A stretch of 64,000 nt of DNA from Octopus vulgaris (Eukaryota). Positions within the stretch are counted from its first letter, which is position 1, and each line of letters opens with the position of its first letter. The stretch lies in NCBI GenBank assembly GCA_951406725.2, contig OX597838.1:16368001-16432000 (forward strand), given 5' to 3'. Positions 26,645-38,678 of this stretch are shown here, one piece after another. The translations under genes were made by a program, and so were the position numbers. The notes under the pieces were generated by a model. That model worked only from the letters and a program-made list of their open reading frames with translations, ran no database searches and was not told the origin of the DNA.

Positions 26645-26840
26645 TTGATTCGCTAGCTTCTGCACGCATTTTTTTTCTCTCCGTGTTTCTTTTCTGTGTA
26701 TCTTTCTGTTGAAGAGCGTAGGCTCGAAATGTAAAAGACTTGTTTTATTTATATTCCTGAGCGCCATACTAATACAATTGTTTGTTTGTATTCCACCTGC
26801 CTTCGTCTTTTGTTTATTTTCATAAAGCTTCCCATTATAT
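26645..26840 (+). mobile_element. Penelope-like pLTR fragment with degenerate HHR-like motif (family H5)
   Basis: 26701-26738 TCTTT-CTGTTGA-A-GAGC gtag GCTC-GAAAT-GTA-AAAGA; flanked by TA-rich microsatellite. Confidence 0.5.
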
Positions 26841-27699
26841 ATACACTTACATACACATACATGTACATATATAGATATAAAAATATCCATACATACACAC
26901 ATGTACATAAATATATATATATATACACACACACATATACATACATACACACACATATGTTCATACATATGTACACACACTCAGTGAAAAAAAGGAAAAC
27001 AGATATCAAATGATGCGATGAAAACTTCAACAACAAATTTTGATGTCAAAAGGGTGAAGCTCAGCTCAGAGATGGATCAAAATTTTTTCAAGATCAAATG
27101 AGTCTGAATATTATTATTCTACAATAATACTCAAAGAGAGGGACATTCTATGTACACAGAAATGCATGAGCCGAAGATAAGGAGAAATTAAAGGGATCGA
27201 ATCCTAACATAAAGAGACAACAGTAAAGAGGTTAATCATACGGAAACACCTATACTTCTCTAACATGGAAGTTTACTGCGAATTCAATAGTCTGTTGGTT
27301 GACATTAACAAGAAATGTCAAGAAGACAACTCTGTAACATTTATTAGGATTCACTTCAGCTATTCCAAGACAAATGCCAAATTCTTTGCTGCTGCTGCTG
27401 TTGTTGTTGCTTGTCTTTTGGTTAATCTAATATAAATGTAGGAATGACCTGAACAGACAGACATCTGACACAGCTGTAGCCGTCCAAAATATTCATTCAA
27501 CTCTTGTAATCATGTCCACCACATCTTCATCGTATATGTGTTAGCCAAAAATTTTGGATTAAAAATTTTGAGGTCCTTATACAAACATACATTACATTAT
27601 ATATATATATATATGTAGGTCCCGGGTTGAGTCGGGGTTAACCACAGTAAATAAGGTACTCAATACATAGCAGAGTAAAGTAATTTATTTTATAGAAGG

Positions 27700-27750
27700 A
27701 GTTTCTACAGGACTAGAACTGTTTCATTCAGATGAAATCTTCAGGAAGCT
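27700..27750 (-). ncRNA. Type I hammerhead ribozyme motif (H1)
   Basis: Minus strand AGCTTC-CTGAAGA-t TTC atct GAA t-GAA-ACAG ttctagtc CTGT-A-GAAACT; stem I 5/6 paired, 4-bp stem III, GUA site. Confidence 0.6.
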
Positions 27751-27863
27751 GGCTGTCTAAATAAGTTCTGGTATTTATGCATTTAGGCAGATTTAATGGA
27801 GTGGTGGTGGGGGACGTTTTTTGGGTAGGTTGGTATTTAGGAGATAAATAGGGCACAAGCTAT

Positions 27864-27894
<31 letters not shown>

Positions 27895-29446
27895 CGACGG
27901 ACTTCTTTCAGTTTCCATCTATCAAATCCACTCACAAGGTTTTGGTCGGCTCGAGGCTATTAGTAAAAGACACTTGCCCGAGACACCAGGAATTTTATTT
28001 AGGGAAGTTTGGCTGCAACATTCAGCAAAACAAGCAACTATAGTAGAAACTGTATCAGTGTGTGTGTGTGTGTGTGTGTATGTGTTTCTAGATATTGTTA
28101 TTCAGGCAGAGAGAAAAAAATGAAAAACAACCAGTTGTTACTGTTTTGAATTCCTTCGTTAACCCTGACCAAAAAAGACCCATGATCAAAAGCATTCCAG
28201 CCATGATCAACCCATCTTTTGTTGGGTTTGTAGAACTACACTATTTAACCTTTTCATGACCACGTTCCAAATGCCAGATTAATACTGTCGGTTATTTTAC
28301 TAAATTCTTCATTATTTTCAGAATTAATTAAAAACACAAACAGTGTACTTCAAATAGAAATACAGAAACAAAAGGGTTAAAGTATATTATGACCAATATA
28401 CTTTTCTGACCTGCCTGTCCATCTAAGTCCGTCAGTTTTGGTAGTAGCAATTGGCAATGAAGACATTACAGGATGTGGTGACAAGATGGGTGTAATTCCT
28501 AAATATCTCAATATTTAAAAGAAAAAAAAAGAAAAAAGTTTGCTATTTAGTCAGTCATAATTAACTATATATTGAAAACAAATAAGTCAGGCTGACTAGA
28601 TGGTATCTGCTAAGAATACATGACATAACGCTACATTAGGGCAAAACTGAGATGTCCTCAGACAAAAGTGAAACTGAAAAATCAAATTGAAACCAAGCAA
28701 CTCCTAAGTTGTTCCCAATAAGTAGTGTCTACTCTAAGCTGCTTTTCCCTTCTATTTCCTAATCAATGTGTATATAAAAGCTAACAGAATGCTTGGAACA
28801 TCAGAAAAATTGCTTTGCAGTATTTCTTCAACCTCTTTACATTTTCAGTTCAAATCCTGCCAAGGTCAACTCTGCCTTTTATGTTTTCAAGTTCAGTAAA
28901 ATAAGGTACCAGTCAAGTACTGGGGTCACTGGTAGGAACTTTTTCCTCTCAAAATAACGAGCCTTGTGTCAACTAGCAGAATTGTTAGTGTCCAAAAATA
29001 GTGTTTCTTCCAAGTTCAGAACCTGCCAAGGTCAACTTTGCTTTCATCCCTCTAGGATAGATACAATAAAGTACCAGTCAAGTACAGGGTTTGATGTAAT
29101 CAATTAACCCTTTCTGCTTAAAATTTGTGGCCTTCTACCAAAATTTGAAATTATTATTATTATTATTATTATAAATTTACTATATGCAAATTTACTTAGC
29201 AGAGATGTTACTCTGAAGTTTGATGGCAACAAGTCTCAATCTCAAGAATCTGTCTTGGGGTTCTTGCAAAATACGGAATGGCACTTTTCAACAGGTTGAC
29301 AATACATGCCTCAATTCCTGTAGCCCTCAGCCTCTTAGGTAACAGTTTTGTTGTTGTGTTGAGTACAGCAATTACCACAAGAGCAATTTTCACCCTTGTG
29401 CTCCTCAATCTCTTCTCTCTATCAGGATCCTGATATTTCTCAGCTA

Positions 29447-29634
29447 TGGCACGTAAAAAACACCCACTACACTCACGGAGTGGTTGGTGTTAGGAAGGGC
29501 ATCCAGCTGTAGAAACACTGCCAAATCAGACTGGAGCCTGGTGCAGCCTCCATGGCTTACCAGACCCCGGTCGAACCGTCCAACCCATGCTAGCATGGAA
29601 AACGGACGTTAAATGATGATGATGATGATGATGA
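29447..29634 (+). mobile_element. RTE-LINE 3' end (family R)
   Basis: Family R motif and (GAT)n tail. Confidence 0.8.
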
Positions 29635-30697
29635 TTTTGGTTTCTTTGATATCCACTCAACTATCATATGAGATTACAAGGTCAATGATGTTACACTATT
29701 CATTCTGTCACTCCATAGTCTCTTTGCTTCATCAGCCAGTGCAAAGAAATCTCATGTGATCCTGTAATTATCATTTACCATGGAAGCCTCTGATTTGTGT
29801 TCATACCTTTATCCTATCACTTCAAATCCATGAACTTGGCTCACATTCCAATGCACTCTTTTACCAACACAGTCATGCTAGCATTTATACTCTTTTTATG
29901 TTAGCTTACAACACTTGCAGGGGAGACAGTTAATACTTTAATCCCCTTTTCTACACATTCTGTATTTGTTGTCTGTCATTAACAAATTCATTCTAATGGC
30001 TTGTTTCTGTGTGGCTATAATTAGCAATTCAGTTACTTGTTTCTGGTCTCCATCTTTCAATCAGCACAAGCTTTTCACTTCAAACCTCTTTGGTTTGTTA
30101 CATGAATTGGCCATGTAGTTACTTCTCTTTCTAGTTATTTGTCCTATATTCAATGTTTCACAGGTTTCTTCCATGTTTCTAGCTGCAGATAACAGTCTTT
30201 CCTCACCATAAAATTTTTATATGGCACCTTGGTTTTAGAATATAATGCAATAAAATGTTCCCCATGATGGATTCAATTGCACTAGGAACATCCAATGCAG
30301 AGGTTGCAAATAACCACAATGATCTCACACACACATACTTTATATATATACACTTTATACATATAACTTTCTATATATATACACACAGACACACACACAC
30401 ACATATATATATAAATGGGTAGTATAACATGTGGATTCAGAGGATGTGTGGCTATCAAAGAAAGCTCCTCTTACAAACTCACCTATCAGTTGTGAAACAG
30501 CTGTAAGCCTATGGAAGTCACATGGCTATATATATATATATATATATACAAAAAGCAATAAAGATTCAAGTTAATTTAAATGAATTTACTTGAATATGGT
30601 ACCTAACTTAGATGCACCAAAAAAAACTATACTGATTTAACAATACAGTAATGTGGGGTGATTATAAGCGAGAATGAAGCAACAAGAATGGATAGGT

Positions 30698-30788
30698 TTT
30701 TAGTACAATCGTTTCATACAAGGACAGGTTTTATTAAAAGTTGCAAAAATTACAGCATATAAACGTGTCCCGTACTCATCAGCTAAAA
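30698..30788 (-). ncRNA. Hammerhead ribozyme motif H2 (mirror copy)
   Basis: Reverse complement of 31384-31474. Confidence 0.7.
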
Positions 30789-31383
30789 TACATGTGAGTT
30801 CTCTAGACATCTTAGTGGTTGAGGCTATACTCATGAAGTAATGTAGATAATTAAGTAACATAAACAGATTTCAAAAGTTCATTAAAGTTCTTTAAAGATG
30901 ATGTACAGTCTTATCACAGAATTTTAAAAAGTCTTAATAGCATCACAGAGAAGGTGACCTAATCCATAGTGCACATATGAATTTCCAGAGATATGATGAG
31001 GGATTACATACTCACAGAAGACAAATTTATCCATTGTTAATTACAACGAGGTGGGTTTCAATTCCTGCTTATAAGCTAATATATAATTATATAATGCTAA
31101 TAAGCAGGAATTGAAACCCACCTCGTTGTAATTAACAATGGATAAATTTGTCTTCTGTGAGTATGTAATCCCTCATCATATCTCTGGAAATTCATATGTG
31201 CACTATGGATTAGGTCACCTTCTCTGTGATGCTATTAAGACTTTTTAAAATTCTGTGATAAGACTGTACATCATCTTTAAAGAACTTTAATGAACTTTTG
31301 AAATCTGTTTATGTTACTTAATTATCTACATTACTTCATGAGTATAGCCTCAACCACTAAGATGTCTAGAGAACTCACATGTA

Positions 31384-31474
31384 TTTTAGCTGATGAGTAC
31401 GGGACACGTTTATATGCTGTAATTTTTGCAACTTTTAATAAAACCTGTCCTTGTATGAAACGATTGTACTAAAA
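31384..31474 (+). ncRNA. Type I hammerhead ribozyme motif H2 with long stem II
   Basis: TTTTAG-CTGATGA-GTACGGGACA...TGTCCTTGTAT-GAA-AC gatt GT-A-CTAAAA; perfect 6-bp stem I; predicted cleavage after 31468. Confidence 0.75.
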
Positions 31475-32210
31475 ACCTATCCATTCTTGTTGCTTCATTC
31501 TCGCGTATATATATATATATGTATATTCACCTTTTATACACCCTGACTGGTTTTACACACACACACACAAACATATTTATAAATACATGGTTAAAGCTTA
31601 GCTGTTACCCACAAGTGGCAATGACCTGGTAGCATACACCAGACTATCATCACAAATGGTTTTTGGTGCTTGTATAGTCATGAGCAGACATAGACACTTC
31701 CTCAACCTCTCGGTCTTCCTTCTCTAGATCCAGTGGAACAGCAAGGATGTCACAGCTACAGGAAGAGAGAGTCACACAAGCAGTTAACAGATACTTAATT
31801 TTTAACCAAGTAGACTGGAGTAGCTTAAGGACATAACATGTTGCCCAGGCAAGAAACGAGCATATGCCCTTACAGTTATAAGGATAACACTTCTAACCAC
31901 AACACCATGTACTTTCAAGTGTGTTTGCGTGAGTGTTTCCGTTCCTTTCAAGTGTTATTATAACAACTTTGCTAAAACTTGTACCTCTCGCTTCGTCTTT
32001 TCCTTGATTTTGCTCATTACCTCATATATACTCTTTTACTTGTTTCAATCATTTGACTGCGACCATGCTGGAGCACCAGTCAGACAGTGACATTGGTTTC
32101 GTGCTTATAAAGTGCTTGGCTGTAAAGGTGACTCATCATGTGTGTGTGTGTGTGTGTATAACTATATATACATGTATATATTCATACATGTACATATGCA
32201 TATACACAAC

Positions 32211-32251
<41 letters not shown>

Positions 32252-32324
32252 TATATTCATACATGTATATATAAGTATATATTATACAAAAATACATATA
32301 CATATATATACATTCTTTTATGTT

Positions 32325-32545
32325 TTTATTTGTTTCAGTCATTTGACTGTGGCCATGCTGAAGCACTGCCTGAAGTCAAACAAATCAACCCCAGCACTTA
32401 TACTTTGTAAGCCTAGTACTTATTCTATCGTTTTTGTTTTTTTTTGCCGAACCACTAAGTTACAGGGACATAAACACACCAACATCGGTTGCCAAGTGAT
32501 GGTGGTGCAACAAACACAGACACACAAACATATACACATACACAC

Positions 32546-32624
<79 letters not shown>

Positions 32625-32773
32625 GATGGACTTCTTTCAGTTTCCATCTATCAAATCCACTCACAAGGCTTTGGTCGTCTTGAGGCTATAGTAGAAGACG
32701 CTTGTCCAAGGTATTATGCAGTGGGACTGAATACGGAACCATTTGGTTGGTAAGCAAGCTACTTACCACACAG

Positions 32774-32776
<3 letters not shown>
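32325..32776 (-). mobile_element. SINE family S2
   Basis: Homology to other S2 copies; long internal (TA)n. Confidence 0.8.
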
Positions 32777-32820
<44 letters not shown>

Positions 32821-32852
32821 TTTATTTAAAGCAGCAGAAAATTCAACAATAT

Positions 32853-32890
32853 CTGTTACTCTGAGTTTCTCGTTGCCGTTCATCAGACAG
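32853..32890 (-). ncRNA. Hammerhead ribozyme motif H3 (mirror copy)
   Basis: Reverse complement of 32915-32952. Confidence 0.6.
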
Positions 32891-32914
32891 TTTTTGCTAG
32901 AATTCTAGCAAAAA

Positions 32915-32952
32915 CTGTCTGATGAACGGCAACGAGAAACTCAGAGTAACAG
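32915..32952 (+). ncRNA. Minimal type I hammerhead ribozyme motif H3
   Basis: CTGT-CTGATGA-a CG gcaa CG a-GAA-ACT cag AGT-A-ACAG; GNRA-capped 2-bp stem II; GUA site at 32946-32948. Confidence 0.65.
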
Positions 32953-33055
32953 ATTTTGTTGAATTTTCTGCTGCTTTAAATAAAGCATATTACTCTACCA
33001 CTGGTATTTGAGTACTCTTTTTTTCCACCTTGTTTCACATTTATGTGTTTACTCC

Positions 33056-33095
<40 letters not shown>

Positions 33096-33153
33096 CACAG
33101 ATGCACACATATACTTACACACACACTCACACATATACTTACACACACATATA

Positions 33154-33850
33154 CAGGGTGGCCATTAAAGCAACGGACCATACTGCAATATGTGAAATTA
33201 CTAACATTCTCCTTTTTTTATTTCTTTTCACAGCTGCCGATATTATTCACAAACCAATCCTTATTGGGTGGAGGCAGATAATCAACAAGGCAGGGGGAAA
33301 GTAATGATGTGGTGTGTGGTGTGGGATTTTCCACAATCAAGTAATTGGACCATTTTATTTTGAGTGCTCTGTGACAGGTGATTCGTATCTGGACAGGCCT
33401 GGCAACAAGAGGATGCCTCATGTGCATTCACTTGGAAAGGGGGAAAAAAATCCTGTCTGGTTTCAACAGGATGGGTCTCAGGATGGGGTTCATGATTTTC
33501 CGAATGAACATTTTCTAGGGAGATGGCTCAGGTGTCGCGGGCCAATTGAATGGGCACCAAGGTCCCCAGATTTAACTCCCGTGGACTTTTTTCTTCTGGG
33601 ACTACATTGAATCCCTTGTGTATTCTGAAAAGATTCGCAACCAAGGACATCTTCTTCAAAGAATTGTTGAAGTGTGTGAACAAGGCAACGGCAATGGAGA
33701 CCTATTTGAGAAGGTTCATCGCAAGTTCAAATTCCCTATGAACACTTGTTTAGAGCTACATGGCCAACACTTTGAACATTTGTAATGGATTACCAACTTC
33801 ATTGCTAATAAAGCATACTTGATATCTCACGTGACTTTGTGGTCACCCTG
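33154..33850 (+). mobile_element. Internally deleted Tc1/mariner (Tc3-like) element
   Basis: TIR CAGGGTG...CACCCTG after TA; remnant VWCGI...IGPFYF...WFQQDG...WAPRSPDLTPVDFFL. Confidence 0.85.
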
Positions 33851-33967
33851 TGACCCCATATATTTCTAGAAGGTTGATTGTTAAGGCCGGTCAGAGAGTG
33901 ATATTGGTTTCATGCGTATAAAGTGCTTGGCTATAAAGATGACTCATCGTGTGTGTGAGTATGTGTG

Positions 33968-34227
33968 ACTGGCCTCTGTGCCGGTGGCACGTAAAAGCAC
34001 CATCCGTTTGTGGCCGTTTGCCAGCACCATCTGGCACCTGTGCGGGTGGCACGTAAAATGCACCCACTACACTCGCGGAGTGGTTGGCGTTAGGAAGGGC
34101 ATCCAGCCGTAGAAACACTGCCAGATTAGACTGGGCCTGATGCAGCCTTCTGGCTTCACAGACCCCAGTTGAACCATCCAACCCATGCTAGCATGGAAAA
34201 CGGACGCTAAATGATGATGATGATGAT
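33968..34227 (+). mobile_element. RTE-LINE 3' end (family R)
   Basis: Family R motif; an inverted copy lies close by at 34287-34422. Confidence 0.8.
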
Positions 34228-36390
34228 TCATACATGTACATATGTACATACAGAACATTATATATATATATATTCATACATGTATATCATCATCATCATC
34301 GTTTAACATCCGCTTTCCATGCTAGCATGGGTCGGACGATTTGACTGAGGTCTGGCGAACCAGATGGCTGCACCAGGCTCCAATCTTGATCCGGCAGAGT
34401 TTCTACAGCTGGATGCCCTTTCTAGTATATATAAATATATATTATATAAAAATACATATTTATTCATACATGCACATATGTATATACAATGTATAAATAT
34501 ACACACACATACACAAGAGTGTGTGTGTGTGAGAGAGAGAGGGTGCCAGTAATATTGAACTTCACAACGAATTAACTCTTCTACTCTCAGTAATAGTCAA
34601 ACCAATAAATGGTCAGTTGTTATTCTTAAAGGTCCTTTAAAATAACATTTCAATAGCATCCACACACACACATAGATGCTTGTATATGTACAAATATGTT
34701 TGTATATTTATCTACGTTTGTGCATAATTTGATGTATGTCTAGAATAAGTTAAACACGAAATAAAAAGGGTTTCTAATTTAGGTACAAGGCCAGCAATTT
34801 TGCTGACAGGTATTAGTTCATTACACTGATACCTCAGTAGATGACTGGTAAAATAGATCTCAGTGGGATTCGAAACCATAACATTTTAAAGAGTCAGAAG
34901 AAATACCTATTTCTTTACTACCCACAAGGGGCTAAACATCGAGTGGACAAACAAGGACAAACGTATTAAGTCGATTACATCGACCCCCAGAGCGTAACTG
35001 GTACTTAATTTATCGACCCCGAAAAGGATGAAAGGTAAAGTCGACCTCGGCGGAATATACCGCAAATCCTTTTTTCCAAAGAAATTCTAGACTAAACTGC
35101 TAAGCAACCATTTACATTTAAATTACATATTCATAAACTATGGGGAAGTGAAACTGGTTTCACTTCCGAGTTGACATAAAATACATTTTACCGACACTGT
35201 TAATCATCACTAATAGAATTTCCCTTCCCGTTAGGACAGCATCAAGTTGCCAGACAGAGCAACGAAATCGCCTTCAAAGCACACCCAACCATCTTTATAA
35301 CGACACACTGGATATTGTTACTCGGCATACTCTTATTCCAGAACAGTGTATGGCAGCAGCTGAACTGCCCTTTGATCGTAGGTCTGTCTGCTCTATCGGG
35401 ACTGACATGGACTAAACAGAAATAACTCTGCTCTATTAATTTGCCATTATATAACTATGTAAAGAAGAAAAAAAATCCTCATTAACATACATTGATTTTA
35501 TCTTATCTCTTCATAGATAAAGAAAACGAAGATATTGAATATAGATTTCTTAATAGCTCTGATGTCACTTAAATGCTTTATATAAGGAAATGAAATTACA
35601 CTCAACAGTGAGCCGAGAGACTAGTCACTGCATAACAGATATAACATCTTCCTTTCATGTACCTCTGTGCTTTTATAATCTCTTATGGGAGGTTGTGGCC
35701 ATGTGAAACCATAGTGTGATGCTTAAGACTCCTAAATGTTTCACACTGTTCATATTCTGCTGCAAAAGTCAAGGCTTCCAACAGAAATTTGGCAAGGCGG
35801 AACAGATTACTTTCAGGTCCTGGAAGGAGGGGATCCTATCAAAATCGAGGTTTTGTTTGTTTGTTTAAGAAAGGTACCCACAGTTATCTTTCCTAGGCTC
35901 TCAGGCCCCATACTGATGCACCGGTCGACCTCCCTCACTCTAATGTTAAAGGTTGCGATCTTATTTACAACAGTCTACGACTGAGGGCAAGGCCGAAATT
36001 TGTAGGTGAAACGAGGGCAGTGATTTTTACCTATTACTGTTGTAGGTGAAAAATAACGATAACTATAAACTTGGCTGTATTTGAACTCAGAACTTCCAGA
36101 TACATCTAAATGCTGCAAAGCAATCATATAAAAAATGACTAAATATGTTCCATATATATATATATATATAAATATGTTCCATATATATATATATGCATGC
36201 ATGCAAATATATAAGAATAATATAACACAAGAATGGGACATATCAGACTTTAATAGTGATTATATTTGTTTTCTGCACCACACACCAGCCTTTATATTCA
36301 TATACCATTATACAAGATAATTCTATTACGAGGTTTTGTCCGAATTATACTATATATATATAAATATTATAGTGGGGTACGCTGGTTTAT

Positions 36391-36451
36391 GGGGGTACCC
36401 TGGGCTTCTCGCTCATAAGGGGTTTAGCCTTACGGCGTATCGTCAGACCCC
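36391..36451 (-). ncRNA. Hammerhead motif H4 (variant mirror copy)
   Basis: Minus strand GGGGT-CTGACGA...CGCCGTAAGG...CCTTATGAGCG a-GAAGC CCAGG GTA-CCCCC; carries GAAA to GAAG change. Confidence 0.5.
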
Positions 36452-36492
36452 ACTTTGAAATATTTTAAAGAGGTCTCAGGCCAGCAGTGTTT

Positions 36493-36553
36493 GGGGTCTG
36501 AAGATACGCCGTAAGGCTAAACTCCTTATGAGAGAGAAACCCAGGGTAACCCC
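36493..36553 (+). ncRNA. Type I hammerhead ribozyme motif H4
   Basis: GGGGT-CTGAAGA...CGTAAGG ctaaact CCTTATG...GAA-ACCC a GGGT-A-ACCCC; perfect stem I; GUA site at 36546-36548. Confidence 0.7.
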
Positions 36554-36676
36554 ATAAATCGATCTACCCCACTATAATATTGACTACTCTACATCTTAGA
36601 GTGCGCTTCTCCTCCGGATTTATGCATTTCTACAAACGATCATATATATTTTGAGATAGATAGATATATGTATATA

Positions 36677-36791
36677 CAGGGTGTCTATAAAGTCATGATG
36701 CAATTTAAAATACATGTAACTTCGTAGAAGAATTTATCTGTAAAAAGGATAAGAAAGCTTGATGCGACTAGTTTTTCAGCCGGACACCTTG
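36677..36791. mobile_element. Tiny Tc1-type MITE
   Basis: TA|CAGGGTGTC...GACACCTTG|TA. Confidence 0.55.
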
Positions 36792-38093
36792 TATACACAC
36801 ACACACACACATTATTTTGATAGTGAGAGCTCATCCATTCCCATGATCTGTACCCATGAAAGAGAAATCTCTGTAGGTTTTCTCACTATCAAAAATAAGT
36901 ATACACTACACAATGGTTTTCTCTAGTTCTATATTGGACATGTTCCATGTATAAATATAGTTTCAAGAGGTTCTGAACATCAATTACATGTTCACTTGCT
37001 AAATAATCGAGGGTGAAACTTTATTTTTTCAACCCTTTGGGGATCAATAAATAGGATATGTCCATTACTGCAGTCAATGCTTCGTCTCTCGCCCCCGCTT
37101 AAAGAAATCAGCTCTAGGCGTTTGACCAGCTGGAAATAGCAGTCAAAATCTAAAACTATGTCCCACAGCCTTGGAAAGAGGAAGCCACATTAAGCAATAT
37201 TGTCTTACACACACAAACACACAAAATAAATATCCATTTAGTCACGGCTGGAATGCTTTTGATTATAGGTTTGCTCGACCAGGATATTGACTTAGGGGCT
37301 TAACAACCAGTATGGTACTCAACTTGCTAGAAATAGCAGCCAATTTTTTTTTTTCAAATTATATCCAACCACATTACGAAAGAAAAGAGAAAACATTAGA
37401 TAACGTAGTCTTAGATACATAATAGCAAAAAGAAAAAAATAATAGAGGAATGGTCACAGCTGGAATGCCTTTGATCACAAGTCAGCTCGATCGGCACAGA
37501 CCTGGGGTTAAACATCAACAAAAAAAATGAAAGTAAAAAGGGTATTTTGACACTTAAAAGAAACGAGAAAACACACACAATCACTTATATAATCAGTTAT
37601 TATTCTTTAAACAATTTTTTTTTCCTCGTGTTTTGAGTAATGTGTGACTGGTGACTTATTTTATAATCTCCATCTGTTTTCAAAGTGGGTTTCTATGTGG
37701 GGAATACATAAATAAGCTACAGGAGGCCAACATTCTACGACTGAAGGACAAATTCTTCTCTCTCACTCTCGTTTAGAAACCAGGACTATGAGTCATTCAA
37801 GACTCGGAGAAACGATTTTTAACTTTGTTATTCAATTATCTTAGAACGTGTGGGTGGATTATTGTGTTTATAGATTGATTAATTTCCGCCACTACCGCCT
37901 TCATCGCCATGCTCACACCATGATTGCAGAAATGTCTTTAATGAGTTTATGCCTATGCTTATATTAAACAAGCAATAATTGAACATACGTATTAATAAGC
38001 ACTCGTAGATGAATGCATTATATATTCCATATACATACACCACATATGTTGCGTATATTTTCACATATGCAAAAGCTTCATATATAAGTACAC

Positions 38094-38157
<64 letters not shown>

Positions 38158-38468
38158 GGCAATACACACACAAGTATGTATGTATACACATCCATTTCAC
38201 ATTTGCAAACCTCATACACAAGCACAGAGACGTGTGTGCACATATAGTAATACGTAGTGTGTGTGTGTGTATATATATATATATTTCTTGAGAACACATT
38301 CTTCGTGGAAAATAGCGATTTTGACGTCTATATCTAGCATATTGACCGTCCACTTTTAATGGTCAGTCTTTTAAATTTTGTATGTAAAAATATTTTAATC
38401 TTCGGATTTTTTTTAGTATGCTAGGCCACTGGGTTTTAATTGATTAATATCAATTTCTACCCTTATTC

Positions 38469-38516
<48 letters not shown>

Positions 38517-38678
38517 TCAAACAAATAAAAGTACATACATATACACCCATCCGTAAATACTGATGTTGCCCTTTATTTCGAAGAATCTGGTGCATCAGAT
38601 GACTGTGACTGGTTCGCTGAAAGACCAGGGAGTGTCCTTATTTACGACAGTACTATATTCCACAGCGGTGACACACAC

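Larger units (their letters stand above)
30550..31504. mobile_element. Fold-back Penelope-like pLTR element in (TA)n; 405-bp inverted arms
   Basis: 30668-31072 is the reverse complement of 31100-31504; left arm has a ~120-bp unpaired extension; (TA)n on both flanks; HHR in each arm. Confidence 0.7.
32820..33057. mobile_element. Spacerless palindromic Penelope-like pLTR fragment in (TA)n
   Basis: 32820-32985 palindrome centred on GAATTC (one mismatch), plus a ~70-bp unpaired tail; (TA)n on both sides. Confidence 0.7.
36364..36580. repeat. Inverted repeat (89-bp arms, 39-bp spacer) carrying two HHR motifs
   Basis: 36364-36452 versus 36492-36580, slightly diverged; follows (TA)n. Confidence 0.85.
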
